Below are positions 22,887 through 35,110 of a stretch of 64,000 nucleotides of DNA, one piece after another. The stretch spans positions 34,286,001-34,350,000 of the forward strand of contig OZ287748.1 in the NCBI GenBank assembly GCA_965649765.1, in the 5' to 3' direction. The translations under genes and the position numbers were made by a program. Origin of the DNA: Bispira polyomma (Eukaryota). The notes under the pieces are model-generated. The model saw only the letters and a program-made list of their open reading frames with translations. It was not told where the DNA came from and did not search any database. Each line of letters starts with the position of its first letter. Within the stretch, counting starts at the first letter, position 1.

Positions 22887-25800
22887 CTAGAAACAAAACA
22901 ACAAAATATGACAGTCACTGGTCACACAAAAAAAACATTCCTTATTCATATTTATACTCATCTATTAATGTTTATCAATGGTGTCTTGTATTCAAAGCAC
23001 AAATTTACCTTTTCTTCACTGTCCTACATTAAGAGAGATGCTTGGGGATGACTATTTATCAACGTACCCAATGTTATTCAGGGATTTAACCTCAGCTAGT
23101 GTTTTACCTACTAGGACCATAATGGCAGATGACATACATTTAGCTTTCAAAACATTTCTTTCAAAAGCTTGCCAAAATAATATAAATAAACCTTAAGGTT
23201 CCATGGGGATCATTTGGATATTCATTGGGTTCCGGTTTGTTATTCTGTAATAACTTTATGGGGAAATATATCATGTGTGATTTATCTCTGTTTCAGAGTG
23301 TCACATTACAATTGATAATAAATTTTGAGTACATTATTTGTGATACTATTCTGTTTCAAAGTGACTACACCACAGATATTATTTTTTTCGGCAAAAACGT
23401 TCCTGTTGTAAGGCTATACCTTTTTATAGCAAAAGTGACAAAATAGAAAACTGTTAGAAAGATATACTTCACATTCACATTCAGTTATAATTATTTAATT
23501 TTCAGTAACAGTAGTAGTTACTCAGAATATGTTAAAGGAAGTGTAACATCTGAAACTGCAACATAAAAGTGAACCTCATCCTATGAGCCTTGTATCAAAT
23601 GCTATTGGAAGACATCTGATTAAAAATTTATCAATGGTTACTTTGTTTATCACCCCACAGGAGTTTCTTGTTACAAGGTACGCATTCCACAAACATGCAT
23701 ACTCTCGTGTTGTAAAGGCTTTGGTCATTTACAAAATTTTGTGCAAAATTTTATTGTAAAGTTGTATATAGAGGCAAGTGTAAAAAAATCTTATCCTAAA
23801 CTTGCATCAGACTTCTTTACTCCATGAACCTTCATAATGTACTATTAAACTTGGCCTTCAGATGTATCAAGGTCAAACTAATATTATTAGTAAACCATAG
23901 AAAGCGACTGTCATAGACATGTATATTGTTTTATCATAAATTACTATCATTTTGTTACAAAAACACTAATAAGCAATTCCACACTGTCCATTTTTGATTT
24001 GAAATTTAAACTTATCTTAATTACACAAATACACTTAATCTATCCAACAAATGTTTGCATGGCTATTACAGTAAATATAATCTTTTAAGTCTAAGGCAAC
24101 ATAGTACAAAGTTAAAGACACATCATATGGATGGTAGTTATTCAACTTATCAGCATTCCATAGAAATGCGTTTCTATGGCAAACAGTTTCAGTCAACAGG
24201 ACGAGAAACATATGAAAATGTTTTAGTACCTGATAGGCGAAACTGTTAGAACCATTTTCAATTAATTGATTGCATCTATAAAGTGTGACCCATCCCTAAT
24301 TGTATCTTCAAACATAACTATGAGCCAGGGGGACCCGGTGGTTATATAGATTGGACAATGGTGTCAGCTACATAGACAATCAGTTAAATATTACCAGTCC
24401 ATGTAGTGACAGAAATAAATATCGGTCAATAAATGTATGGGTTTAGATTAAAGTGGCGCAGCTCCAAATGTAGCTTAGGTTTATGGCTCAATATTCAATA
24501 AATGCATTTTTATAAAAGGCTTTGGTATAACATGATTCCCAGGATAAGCCAGCATCTCATATAACACCAATGACATTTGTCAATTGAATAATTAAGACCA
24601 AGAATAAAGTATCATTAATGTTAAAGGGAACTTAAATGACATAAACAAACTTAATTCAATTCTCTAATTCCACCCTCTATAATAATACACTTCGGTTTAT
24701 TACCTCTACAAATATATATTCAAAAATAATTTCTGGTACATTTCAATTGTCATCTCCTTAACTACAAATGGACTACAATAAACTGTGATACAAACTTATA
24801 CTTTACATTATATTGAGACAAATTAACATGATTAAGAAGAATACAAATCACACTTAATAATTGTAGTATCTTTAGTACTACTAATTTGCTACAGTTAATA
24901 CACATTTACAGCAGTAGGTATTTGTCTATTTACCCAAGTATTCAGTATCAAACTGTGTGTGGTATGTGTGAAGTTTACCAGTTGTGTCAACACAGAGACA
25001 GTCCAGGTAAATATAACAATCGCTCTTCCTGACAGTCACTTTAATGATTTTCTGATTTGTCACACACAAATACAAAGACAGGTAAATTCAGCTTTAAATG
25101 ATTTATTGTCTGTATGGCTTTGTGGCAAAATTTTACATTTACTTATAACTGTTAAATCATTTTGACTTTATTTTTTAGGGTTACACATGTAAAAGACAGT
25201 AGAATTCTTATATATATCGAGTACTTGATGTTTATTATATGTAGTTCAGTGTTATATAATAAAGGCATTTGACACAACAGTGAAGTTACTCCTTGCATTT
25301 TAATTGTCATCTATTTAACTAAAAATGTACCAAAACAAACTTGGAAATTATTGAGAACGTTAATGGCATACAAACTTAAACCTTATATTATCTTGAGACA
25401 AATATATGCAGAATGCAAATACACTTAACAATTGCAGTATCTTTAAAAATTCTGATTTCATGGAGTTTGAACTCTCATGAAATAACATAAGTATACATGA
25501 AATAATAAACATCGGTTGATACAAAAAAGAAAACATATACATTGTACACCACCTTTGTAAACAAAACAAAATCATTTCTGAAACATCTGTATTAAAAATT
25601 TAAAAAAAAGTTTTTGTCGGCCATACCTCAACTGTAACTTCAATAGGAATTATTTAAAAAACTATTTTTTGAATAAAATAAAATATAACAATCTACCCAC
25701 CTTATTTTAGCGCGTACCATTACAGTAAATTCCTTTTTAGCCCAATGTAATACCCCACAGCTTATAATTATTTAAATCCTTAATCACTCCTGAATCTCCA

Positions 25801-26118
25801 TTCGAAAAACAAAGACAGTTACATTTTTAAAGTACCACTTAATATATTATCACAAAAATAACAAAAAATGAGCAGGAAAAAAGTTCATACTTTTTAAAAT
25901 TATCAAAGAAAAAGAGGCAAAAAAAATCAAGTTAGCTCATTCAAAATAAGCAGCCCAAACCTAATGGCACCTAAGCCCTCAATGCGCAGACGGATAAAAA
26001 CCTGGCCTTCATCAAATATGAAAGAGGTTTAAATAAGAATTTGTGCACTACATGACTGTAGTCTTATTTGAAGTCAGGCTAATAAAATCTGTATCCCGTA
26101 TCAATAATGCATACATAC
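22887..26118 (-). other. Pou4: Pou4 intron (3232 bp, phase 0, GT-AG)
   Basis: Donor GCG|gtatgt at 26118 and acceptor ttctag| at 22887; splicing joins ...MRRIANPA to GNLYG... in frame. Confidence 0.9.
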
Positions 26119-26250
26119 CGCTGGATTAGCTATCCTCCGCATCGACTCGGGAGGGGGATGGCGGTAGGGTGGGGAATATCGCCCCGGCAATGCACTGGGG
26201 TGGAGAGAAACGTGCATCCCAACCACCCCTTGTTTAGATTCCATCATCAT
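26119..26250 (-). CDS. Pou4: Pou4 coding exon 1 (44 aa)
   Basis: MMMESKQGVVGMHVSLHPSALPGRYSPPYRHPPPESMRRIANPA. The PGRYSPxYR...MRR..NP pattern is the invertebrate Pou4/acj6-type N-terminus. The ATG context is CAACAATG. Confidence 0.92.
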
Positions 26251-26859
26251 TGTTGCCCAATTAAGTTTTTAAAATTTAATTATAATTTCCTTTTTTTATT
26301 TTTTCCCTCCAGGATAGTGGGGGCACTTTTTTGTAGATTAAACCCCACCCCTTCTCCTGCTGCTTTGACTTAGTCTCTCTCTATATATTTCTGTCCAAAT
26401 GGCTTCTGCTATATCCTATAAGCATTTGATATCATCTTCCTGTCTTCCAGATCCAACAAGTTTAATATAACAGTCATCTTACTTGACTTCTACATAGAGA
26501 TTCATCACCCCTCCCCACAAATTCAATGTATTGTAACAATCAACACACGGTTGGATTTGGAGCAAGTTCATTTCACCCTAATAACAATAAAACTCCTTTA
26601 TTCGTTGCTATATATAGCTATCTCTTTCTCACTGTGTGTGTGTAAAAACTATATAAATATTTCCAGGCGTTTTCACTAGATATACACACAAGCCCCCAAA
26701 ACAGTTAATATAATGAAAGCCAGTAGCTATTTTTCCAGGGCTGGCTGCAGCCAGATAGACAGACAGACACTCTCACAGAGACTCACATACACCCTCTCCC
26801 GTACACACACACACACACAAACTTACAGGGTGGAAAAAAAGACCAGTGAAGGTTCTTCA

Positions 26860-27220
26860 ATTGTATTAGACATCGGATCTCTGCACCTGTTCCCGGTCTA
26901 CGTCATTCACACTGCTGTGCGCATGCTCACTAGGACAGGGATGATAGAGTGTGGAGAGGGGAGGGGGAGAGAGTGGGGTAGTGAAATAGGGGGGGGGGGG
27001 TGTTGGGACCATGGGGAGAGAAGCTGGATGGGGTGGGGAAAAGAGAAAAGGGGGCAGGAGCGGAAAGAGAGGGAGGTAATGTTACATTGTCAAATTGCTG
27101 CTGGGCCTATTTTTTCACTTGGAAGTCCAATTAAGGGAACAGGCGTTCGGGATGCACGAAATGGCCACTCCACTCATCATTTAATGAAAACCACTCTAAC
27201 CAATCCGGTCAATGGACTAT
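26860..27220 (-). promoter_or_regulatory. Candidate Pou4 proximal promoter
   Basis: GC/CpG-richer island upstream of exon 1, with an NRF1-like TGCGCATGCTCA (26918-26929), a half-CRE ACGTCA, an E-box CACCTG, CCAAT motifs near 27127 and 27200, and a G-rich tract. Confidence 0.5.
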
Positions 27221-27327
27221 AAACTTCCCATTTAGAAGTGTGTAGTGCATGCGATGTCTTAAAGGGGTGCCTTGAGAAAAAGAGGATGTGCTGTATAATG
27301 TATATGTGGTAGCATATATCTCTATAT

Positions 27328-27718
27328 CTTTTACCTGCTAACACACACACCCAAAGGTCATGTTATATTGCCCATGGTTAGTTGGTTGTTTTGTCACCAG
27401 ATTTATACACAAATACTGCTGAACTGACTTACCTGAAATTTGGTGAAGGGATAAGACATCGGTCCAAAGGTCTGTGGTGGCCGAGTGGTTGGAAGCTCCT
27501 GCTTTACAATCATTGTTGAGAGATCAATACTTTGCAGGTTCTTTAGCACTGCTTTTTTCCACCGTTAAAAATCTCACTATCGTGATATGACATAAGCTGT
27601 TGAAAGCGTCATCAAACCCAACTTCTTTTTTTAAGACATAGTCAGAAATTAAAGTTATCACTATTGTTAGCACCTTGGCGAAGGTGTATGCTCAAGTGAG
27701 TGTTCCATTTGACTAGTT
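27328..27718 (+). mobile_element. Helentron/HINE-like element, family 2, interrupted by a SINE
   Basis: TTTTACCT start, GTTGGTTG tract, TGAAATTTGGTGAA core and TTGGCGAAGGT...CTC/GAG hairpin ending CTAGTT; homologous to 44672-44906. Confidence 0.65.
27469..27630 (+). mobile_element. SINE family A (internally deleted) nested in the HINE
   Basis: GGTCTGTGGTGGCCGAGTGGTT head and GTTGAAAGCGTCATCAAACCC tail; TAAGACAT occurs on both sides as a degenerate TSD. Confidence 0.75.
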
Positions 27719-28979
27719 CGATATATATTCTGAACATATCTCCTTTGTCACTGACTTGGTTTGGGGTAAGACACTAAAGCCTTTCTAAAGTATTTCTAAA
27801 AATATTATACACAGGAGAACTATAAAAACCAAAAGTGCTTCTCTGTGAGATTGTTATCTCCATACTATGCTGTGGCACACCATTACATATGTGCATGTCA
27901 TTCAGCAATATATGTGAGGATTTCTGGTGATTTTAAAACTAATTTCTTCGGTAACTGTAACATGCAAGGAACTATATGTCATTGCAAAAAACATTCATAA
28001 TCTTTGATATTATGCTAGCAGTGTATGTTTATTACTTTCTTGTAAAATAATTTCTTTAAATTGACACTTTATTTTGTTATGACAAAAGAATATGCTCCAA
28101 CATAGTAAACAATGCAATAGTAATGCTTTGTTTCTAAATTGTAGTTTCTTTAGTAAAATTGTCTATTTTGGGCAACACTGCATTTCTGTACAGTTTATAT
28201 CGGGGGTACATCCTACAGTGGGGTCCATGTTGAAACTGTCACACCGACATTTACCCCAGTACTGTATAAACAACAAGGGGAGTACTGTTATAACAGAATT
28301 AACCAGACCCCCAGAACAGCACAGACAATTCAACAGCCAGTCACCCGTGTTAAAGTTGATATTTTCGAAACCCAGCAGTCTTAACAAAATACCTTGACCT
28401 TTTCTGTATTCAATTTGGTATTATCCCATACCATTCTCTTGGGCAAAAAGTGGTACACTCAGCGAGATACACTATCTGTATGTCTTATTAGAGCTTTACT
28501 ATGGGCTGTATGTTAATAGTTTTCTTTAATTTCAAACAACTTTTTTTCACAAAAAAATCCTGGAACTGTCTTTAGAATTGCTATTTTATCTGTAATAAGT
28601 TTAACTATAATTAGGAAGGTGACACTTTTTTACTATTGTTTGAATTATTAGTTTAGAAAATAAGATAGTACCAAATAACAATATTTAAAGAAAACAGTGC
28701 ATATAACCACATACAATTTGCAATTAAAAACTGGAATTATTAACAAACTCATAAAAACTGAGTAATTCCTTATGGCCATTGGACCAGTGGCTTCCTCAAC
28801 CATCAATTCAATTTTTGTTAGCAATTTGTTCACAGTTCTTCACCGTGCTTATTACATGATGTTAGCACAAATCTAAAGATTGATGAAGTCTCCCTATCTT
28901 GTGTGACTCTGATTGACCTTTTCGTAACTTAAACTCTAACATTTTGTACCACGAATGAGTTTTTCTTCTTCAATGAGCC

Positions 28980-29051
28980 ATGTGTCATCAAATCTTATAT
29001 AAAGCAACACATTATATGTGTCATCAAATCTTATATAAAGCAACACATTAT
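28980..29051. repeat. Perfect 36-bp tandem duplication
   Basis: ATGTGTCATCAAATCTTATATAAAGCAACACATTAT x2. Confidence 0.9.
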
Positions 29052-29429
29052 ATATTATAATTGGGACAGGAAACAACAGAATATATTTGCTTTAGGTGAA
29101 AACTTAAAGTCACACATCTTTTAACCAAAAACAAAATTGCAGTCACCCCTTGATATAGAATATAGAACAAACTGGAGAAGGGATCTAGTTGGTTAAATAC
29201 AATCCCTGCTTTCAGCTAATTCCAGCCATATTTGTCTAACCTCTCTCTTCTATGGACTTTCTGTTATGAGGCAAAATGTCAACAGTGGGTCTGAATGCTT
29301 GCAGCACGTGGCGAACCCATCAACTCATTAAAAACCTCCCAACTCTTACTAATGAGCCAATGATATTTTTGGAGAGGCACTATAGCCTTTACAAAAGACC
29401 CTTGTATATTCATAACTTTAGTTTATGTA

Positions 29430-29636
29430 TAATGTCGGTTTCAATAGATCTTGTCCCAGATCAGGAAATTCACTTGTGTTGGAGGAAATCAGTAGCAGGG
29501 TATTCTACCATGCAAACCACTGCCATTCATCAAGTCTACTGCCAACTTTCCCACATATACACCAAGGTTGAGATTAAAACCAAAGACTTATAGGGTAGGA
29601 GGTCAGTTTGTTACCGCTACACCGCCAGGGCCTCCT
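29430..29636 (-). mobile_element. SINE family B
   Basis: Minus-strand head GGAGGCCCTGGCGGTGTAGCGGTAAC and GGGAAAGTTGGCAGTAGACTTG body. Confidence 0.75.
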
Positions 29637-32229
29637 ATTCATGACTGTAATAAATCATTTTTAAAAGAAATTATCTTTAGAACAAGTTGCTATTATAGAC
29701 TACTTTCATGTTACTAATATAACCCCGTTTCAAAAACTATCTATCTTTCACAACTGCAACATATCATTTATAAATATTTTAATATAAAAATATAAGCATT
29801 CAAGGCCTGCTGGAAGGCTATGTGGGGGTTGAGGACCAAAAACACATGGTAAAATGAAACTGTGTGCTGTAGTTGCCTCTCCCATAACTCCCCTAGCTGT
29901 TTCTCCATCTCTCTTTCTCTCTCTCTCTCTCTTGTTTTCAAATAATTATATTGTGTCCACGGGAAGCTATTATTGCAAGGGGAGGAAAGAGGGCTTGCTT
30001 CCTGAAAGATGATGGTGATGGATGGCCGGCCATTGGAGTTTGTTGTTGTGATAATAATCATGATGCCAAACTTTTAATGATGCTGGTGGTGGTGTTAGAT
30101 AGTTGTAGTAGTGATGCTTGTCTTTAGGAAGAGGGGGTTTTGTTGTAATGTCTCCCCTTGTTTTTTACTCTTCCTCTCTTTTCAGAGAGGGATTCAATAA
30201 TACAAATTGTCCCTTCATGATTGAATTATCAAAACAGGAACTGCAACTTTGCAAGCACTACTTGCTTTGAAGTGTCAATATATTATAGGGTCTCTTCCTG
30301 CCTTTTTATAGTGATTTCCCAAAAGTCCTTGAATAGTGTTGTTTGTTCTTTTGGGTTGTTGCTGTGTATCATGCAAAATGCTGCAAATGTTACATATATA
30401 TGATAGTTTTGCAAATATAGATTCTTTTTTGCAAATTGTCAAAGGAAGTAACAATTATTGCCAAACAGGGACTACTTGCAGGATAGTATTTATAGGATTA
30501 TTTATAAGCCAAACAGTGGCCATTGACAACATACCCTAAGAGATGGCATAACACTAAAATTCATTTGACTGACGAGCAATTGTATTATGTTTGCCCAATT
30601 TGAAAGAGATTTTGCGGTTATACTAAAATTAGTAATTATGTATAAATATAACATAAACTATTAAACATATCCATCATACTATTCTAATCACAATGAAATT
30701 TATCATGCCTTTAACATCAGGTAAAATCTACAGGATTTATTTTTCCATATAGAGTACTAAACTAGGGCTGTAACCTATTGCAAATGTAGTTGATTTTGCA
30801 TTGATCTATATGTTTGTCCGGTCAGTTTATTGCAATACAGCACTAGCTCCAACAAGAATATAAGGTGTACTGGTGTGTCTGTAATTTGATACTACAAATA
30901 ACCATAACATTGTCCATTACCACTTAATGTGGACACATTATCAATAATTAATAATGGGCCTTTGTACACAGCTTTAAATGATCAAGCAATTAAGTATTAG
31001 GCAAGGAAAACATTATCTTTGACACGGTGACCACGGTTCAAGCCAAGGAGGCATAGGCAGATACATAGTGGTTTGGATGACTACTTTACAATCGCATTTA
31101 GGTGATACAGATAAGACACAGATAAGCAATGTTTCACTTTAACTTAATATTCACTGCTTAAACATATATCTGAAAAAAACCTAAAATCAAGTTCCATGGA
31201 AACTTTCCGCTTATATTTCCAAATGTATTACTAAGTTAGGATTGAGCAAAACCTCAAACATTTTTTCCAGAGTGATATATCGACTGTTTATTTTAGAGGC
31301 GACAGCCCTATGGTAATCTTTATAAGAAACCGTAAATGTTGTCTTACTATTTCCGAAAAAAAAAAAAAATCGGACTAACCGGTCTCCATTTAAACTCCCA
31401 TTTACAATTACGGGACAAACTGAAAACCCCAGAAAATCACATCAAAATGCTAATTTACCCCCTGCTGCCCCCATGGAGTGTTACCTGCCAAGTCACCAAC
31501 TACACAGGCAGCCACTTCAAAGCCTAACAACCACCTTCCATCATAGAGCTCCAAACAGCCAAATGACTCAGTACTGCCCATTATCTAATACAAACCCCTA
31601 ATGGAGGGAGTTAGGAATCCATTGTCTAATTAGATTAGACAAAAGTAACTGACGGCCCCATAGAAAAGCACCCTGGCCAAATTGTCGTCTGCATAACAAG
31701 TTATTGCTGTATCCTTGTTTAGAAAATACTATTGGTTGAAACAATTAGTATTGTTATGATTATGGCAGTGGTAGGGTTTGGGTTTTTTTAAAGGCCTCCT
31801 CTTTTTTTACTAGCAGTTCTATTCATAACCTGGATTATAGTGGTGCTGTTATAAACATTTTTTTTCCATAAGCATTTTGCTTCCAGCTTGTCTTGGGCGT
31901 AATGCTTCATTTAATTTAATGCAATGGTGTTTGAATTAGGGGGGACTTTATGCCACAAATTCTATGCTGCAATAAAGATCAGAGTGATGCTATTGCTCAA
32001 ATAGGTGAATTAAGCTATAGAACTGCATTGTACAAAGGTTTTCATGCATTGCAAATATTGGGAAACATTGCTTGCAAAAGTTGGACTTATTTTACAAGGT
32101 ACCAGAAAGCAGTTTCTTTTTCATCAAGTTTAACACAAATTTTAGAAACAAGCCAGAGTTTATTGTTATTTATGGAGCATTTTTTTTTTTTTTGAAAAAT
32201 TTATAACCTCCAAATTAATTAATGCATTC

Positions 32230-32795
32230 TCTAAGCCGCTTGTTCTCCCATAAGTGATTGTCCCACAACAAAGCTTTGGTTGTCGTCAGTAGGTAATGTC
32301 GTGTTCATGTCTTGCTCATGGATGTTATCCTTCAGTACAGGACTCATGACCACAGAGACGCTGCAAATGGTAATTAAGGTGGGAAAGTCTTACTAAATAG
32401 GTAGGATCAGGCTTTCTTTCTAAAACAAGGAAGTGGTGAGGCAGTGCAAATATCATGAGGCAGATCATTGCACAGCTTAGGAGCATCATATGAGAAACTA
32501 TTATTGAAATATTTTTTTGACTTATGGACTAAGGGTATAACAGTGCGGACACTTAAGAAAGCCTTATGAGGCCTACTACGCCTTGTATTGAGTTGACATG
32601 TACAGGGAGACAAGTAAGGACTGAATTACCGAGGGAGACCAGAATTGAGGTATTTATAGATTACGGTAGGTTTGTGTATATATTCGATAGGCAGCCACTG
32701 GAGTCATTTTAAAACAGGAGAAGTGAAGTAAACTTCGATTTTCTCATAATTCTCACTGTTTGAGCCAAACTGTTTTAGACACAGTGCAATTTGCA
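32230..32795 (-). mobile_element. L2/CR1-type LINE 3' fragment
   Basis: Contains QWLPI...TRRSRP...SFSYDAPKLCNDLPHDICTASPLPCFRKK (ORF 32407-32613), the L2/CR1 ORF2 C-terminal signature. Confidence 0.85.
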
Positions 32796-34130
32796 CAGGT
32801 TAGTTGCGGTCAAACGTTTCTTACTGCCAACCCTTTTCAAGAACAAATTTTGTGCAGATACTATTGCTCCACATATATTACTTTTATCCACAAGCTGCTG
32901 ACTTCACAAGAATATGGTATAGACTATTATATATTCTATTCTACGATATGCATTGTACAATTTAATCGGGAAATATCAACTGGTCATGTAACTTGTGATG
33001 TTTATCAGTGTCAATTAGTCACAAAGTTGTTGGCAATTAAGAATAAAAAATATCAAACTGAACAGCAACTTTAAAAGTAAATCAGTGTTTGAGTAACACA
33101 AACACTGTTACACTCAGACACTGTCAATGGCCCTGCTATTTTTGTTTCTTAGAATAATTACTTTGCTGCCCCTGCGCCCTTTGTGAGCCAAGCTATTAGA
33201 AGATTCCGAAATTGTTTCAGCTTCCGCAAGAAACCACCTGCCCCACAAGAACAGTCAACAAACCTATTTATTCCTGCCCTTCTTCTAACTAACCTTCTAA
33301 CACCCCCCCCCCCCTCCTTCCCTCCTTCCCTCTACCCCTCCACCTCCTCATTGGGAGTTAAAATACAGTTCTCCCTATTTATAATTTATGTGTATGGCAT
33401 CAGTTCATCTACAACTCCTAAAATTCACAAAATAAGACAAACAAATAGAAATGGGGTAACTGACACCTTATGTAAACTGCTGCACAAATAGCAGTTAAAT
33501 GTCAAGGACGGTAGTTATAATGTCATGTGATCAAAACTTAAGCCATTGCCTGAAAAAAAATAGTGGTTTACTCGCTAGGGTATTGAGTGTAAATGTGTAT
33601 ATGTTTAGGAGTTTTCGGACAAACCCCAGACATTTCAATAATTAATATTGTTTATAGCTACAGTTCCTCGCTCCACGTTTTGTCTGGGACAGGGAAAAAT
33701 CAATATAAGAGTACTGTTGTTGTGTCGTTCATTTTTTCTACCACAGCATGCATAAATAATGTACATCGTAAGTATAGTAGGGTGGTTGCATCTAACGAAA
33801 TAATGTCCAAATACAAAGACAAAACTTACTCATATTTTACAAACTCACAGAGAAAGAGAGATTTTCTTTGATGAAACTTGCATCTGTCTGTACTTCCGGC
33901 TTCATATCCGTTGTTTTTATTTTTGTTGTTGTATGCGGTTTCTACTGCTGGCTTATGAGCAAATGTTATGGCAAAAATGTGGACACCCCTATTTTCTATA
34001 TTTTTTTCAGTCACAAATATCACAATTCCACCAAAATATTGGTTGTTTATTAATGGTGGCCAAATCTAGTTCACTATTAGAATGATAATTACCTGTGGAA
34101 GGTAAGACATTTCATATTTAGTAATAAAGA

Positions 34131-35110
34131 CAAGCAATAGATTAACACCAACTGGACATCAGTTTTAATGTAATGGTAAGCAGTACATTCACACCAACTG
34201 GACATAAGTATACTTCTAATGGCAAGCAGTATATTTACACCAACTGGACATTAGTATACTTGTAATGGTAAGCAGTACATTCACACCAACTGGACATTAG
34301 TATACTTGTAATGACAAGCAGTATATTAACACCAACTGGACACAAGTATACTTGTAATGACAAGCAGTACATTCACACCAACTGGACATAAGTATACTGG
34401 TAATGGCAAGCAGTACATTCACACCAACTGGACATAAGTATACTGGTAATGGCAAGCAGTACATTCACACCAACTGGACATAAGTATACTGGTAATGGCA
34501 AGCAGTACATTGACAACAACTTGACACAAGTATACTTGAATTGGCAACTAGTATTTGAACACCAACTGGACACAAGTATACTTGTAATAGCAAGCAGTAT
34601 ATTAACACCAACTGGACATTAGTATACTTGTAATGGCAGGCAGTATATTTACACCAACTAGACACAAGTATACTTCTAATGGCAAGCAGTGTATTTACAC
34701 CAACTAGACATAAGTATACTTGTAATGGCAAGCAGTATATTTACACCAACTGGACATAAGTATACTTCTAATGGCAAGCAGTATTTGAACACCAACTGGA
34801 CATAAGTATACTTGTAATGGCAAGCAGTATATTGACTCCAACTGGACACAAGTATACTTGTAATGGCAAGCAGTACATTTATACAAACTGGACATATGTA
34901 TACTTCTAATGGCAAGCAGGGTATTTACACCAACTGGACACAAGTATACTTGTAATGGCAAGCAGTATATTGACACCAACTGGACATCAGTATACTTCTA
35001 ATGGCAAGCAGTATATTAACACCAACTGGATACAAGTATACTTCTAATGGCAAGCAGTGTATTTACACCAACTGAACACAAGTATACTTGAAATGGCAAG
35101 CAGTACATTT
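34131..35110. repeat. Minisatellite, 46-bp unit, ~21 copies
   Basis: Consensus ACACCAACTGGACATAAGTATACTTGTAATGGCAAGCAGTACATTC; unit starts at 34191 and 34237 are 46 bp apart. Confidence 0.95.

Noticed and set aside
26107-26373. 88-aa + strand ORF
   Set aside because: Antisense shadow of Pou4 exon 1.
26713-27222. 169-aa + strand ORF
   Set aside because: Low-complexity translation of (CA)n and G-rich promoter sequence with no recognisable domain.
13720-30952. Scattered ATAATTAA(T) POU4 autoregulatory motifs (13723, 16723, 21386, 30944)
   Set aside because: All-A/T 8-9-mers are expected several times by chance at this base composition and show no clustering.
34373-34979. Cys/Tyr-rich ORFs and the CRISPR-like appearance of the array
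   Set aside because: The ORFs are frame-shifting translations of a 46-bp minisatellite; there are no unique spacers or cas genes, and the context is eukaryotic.
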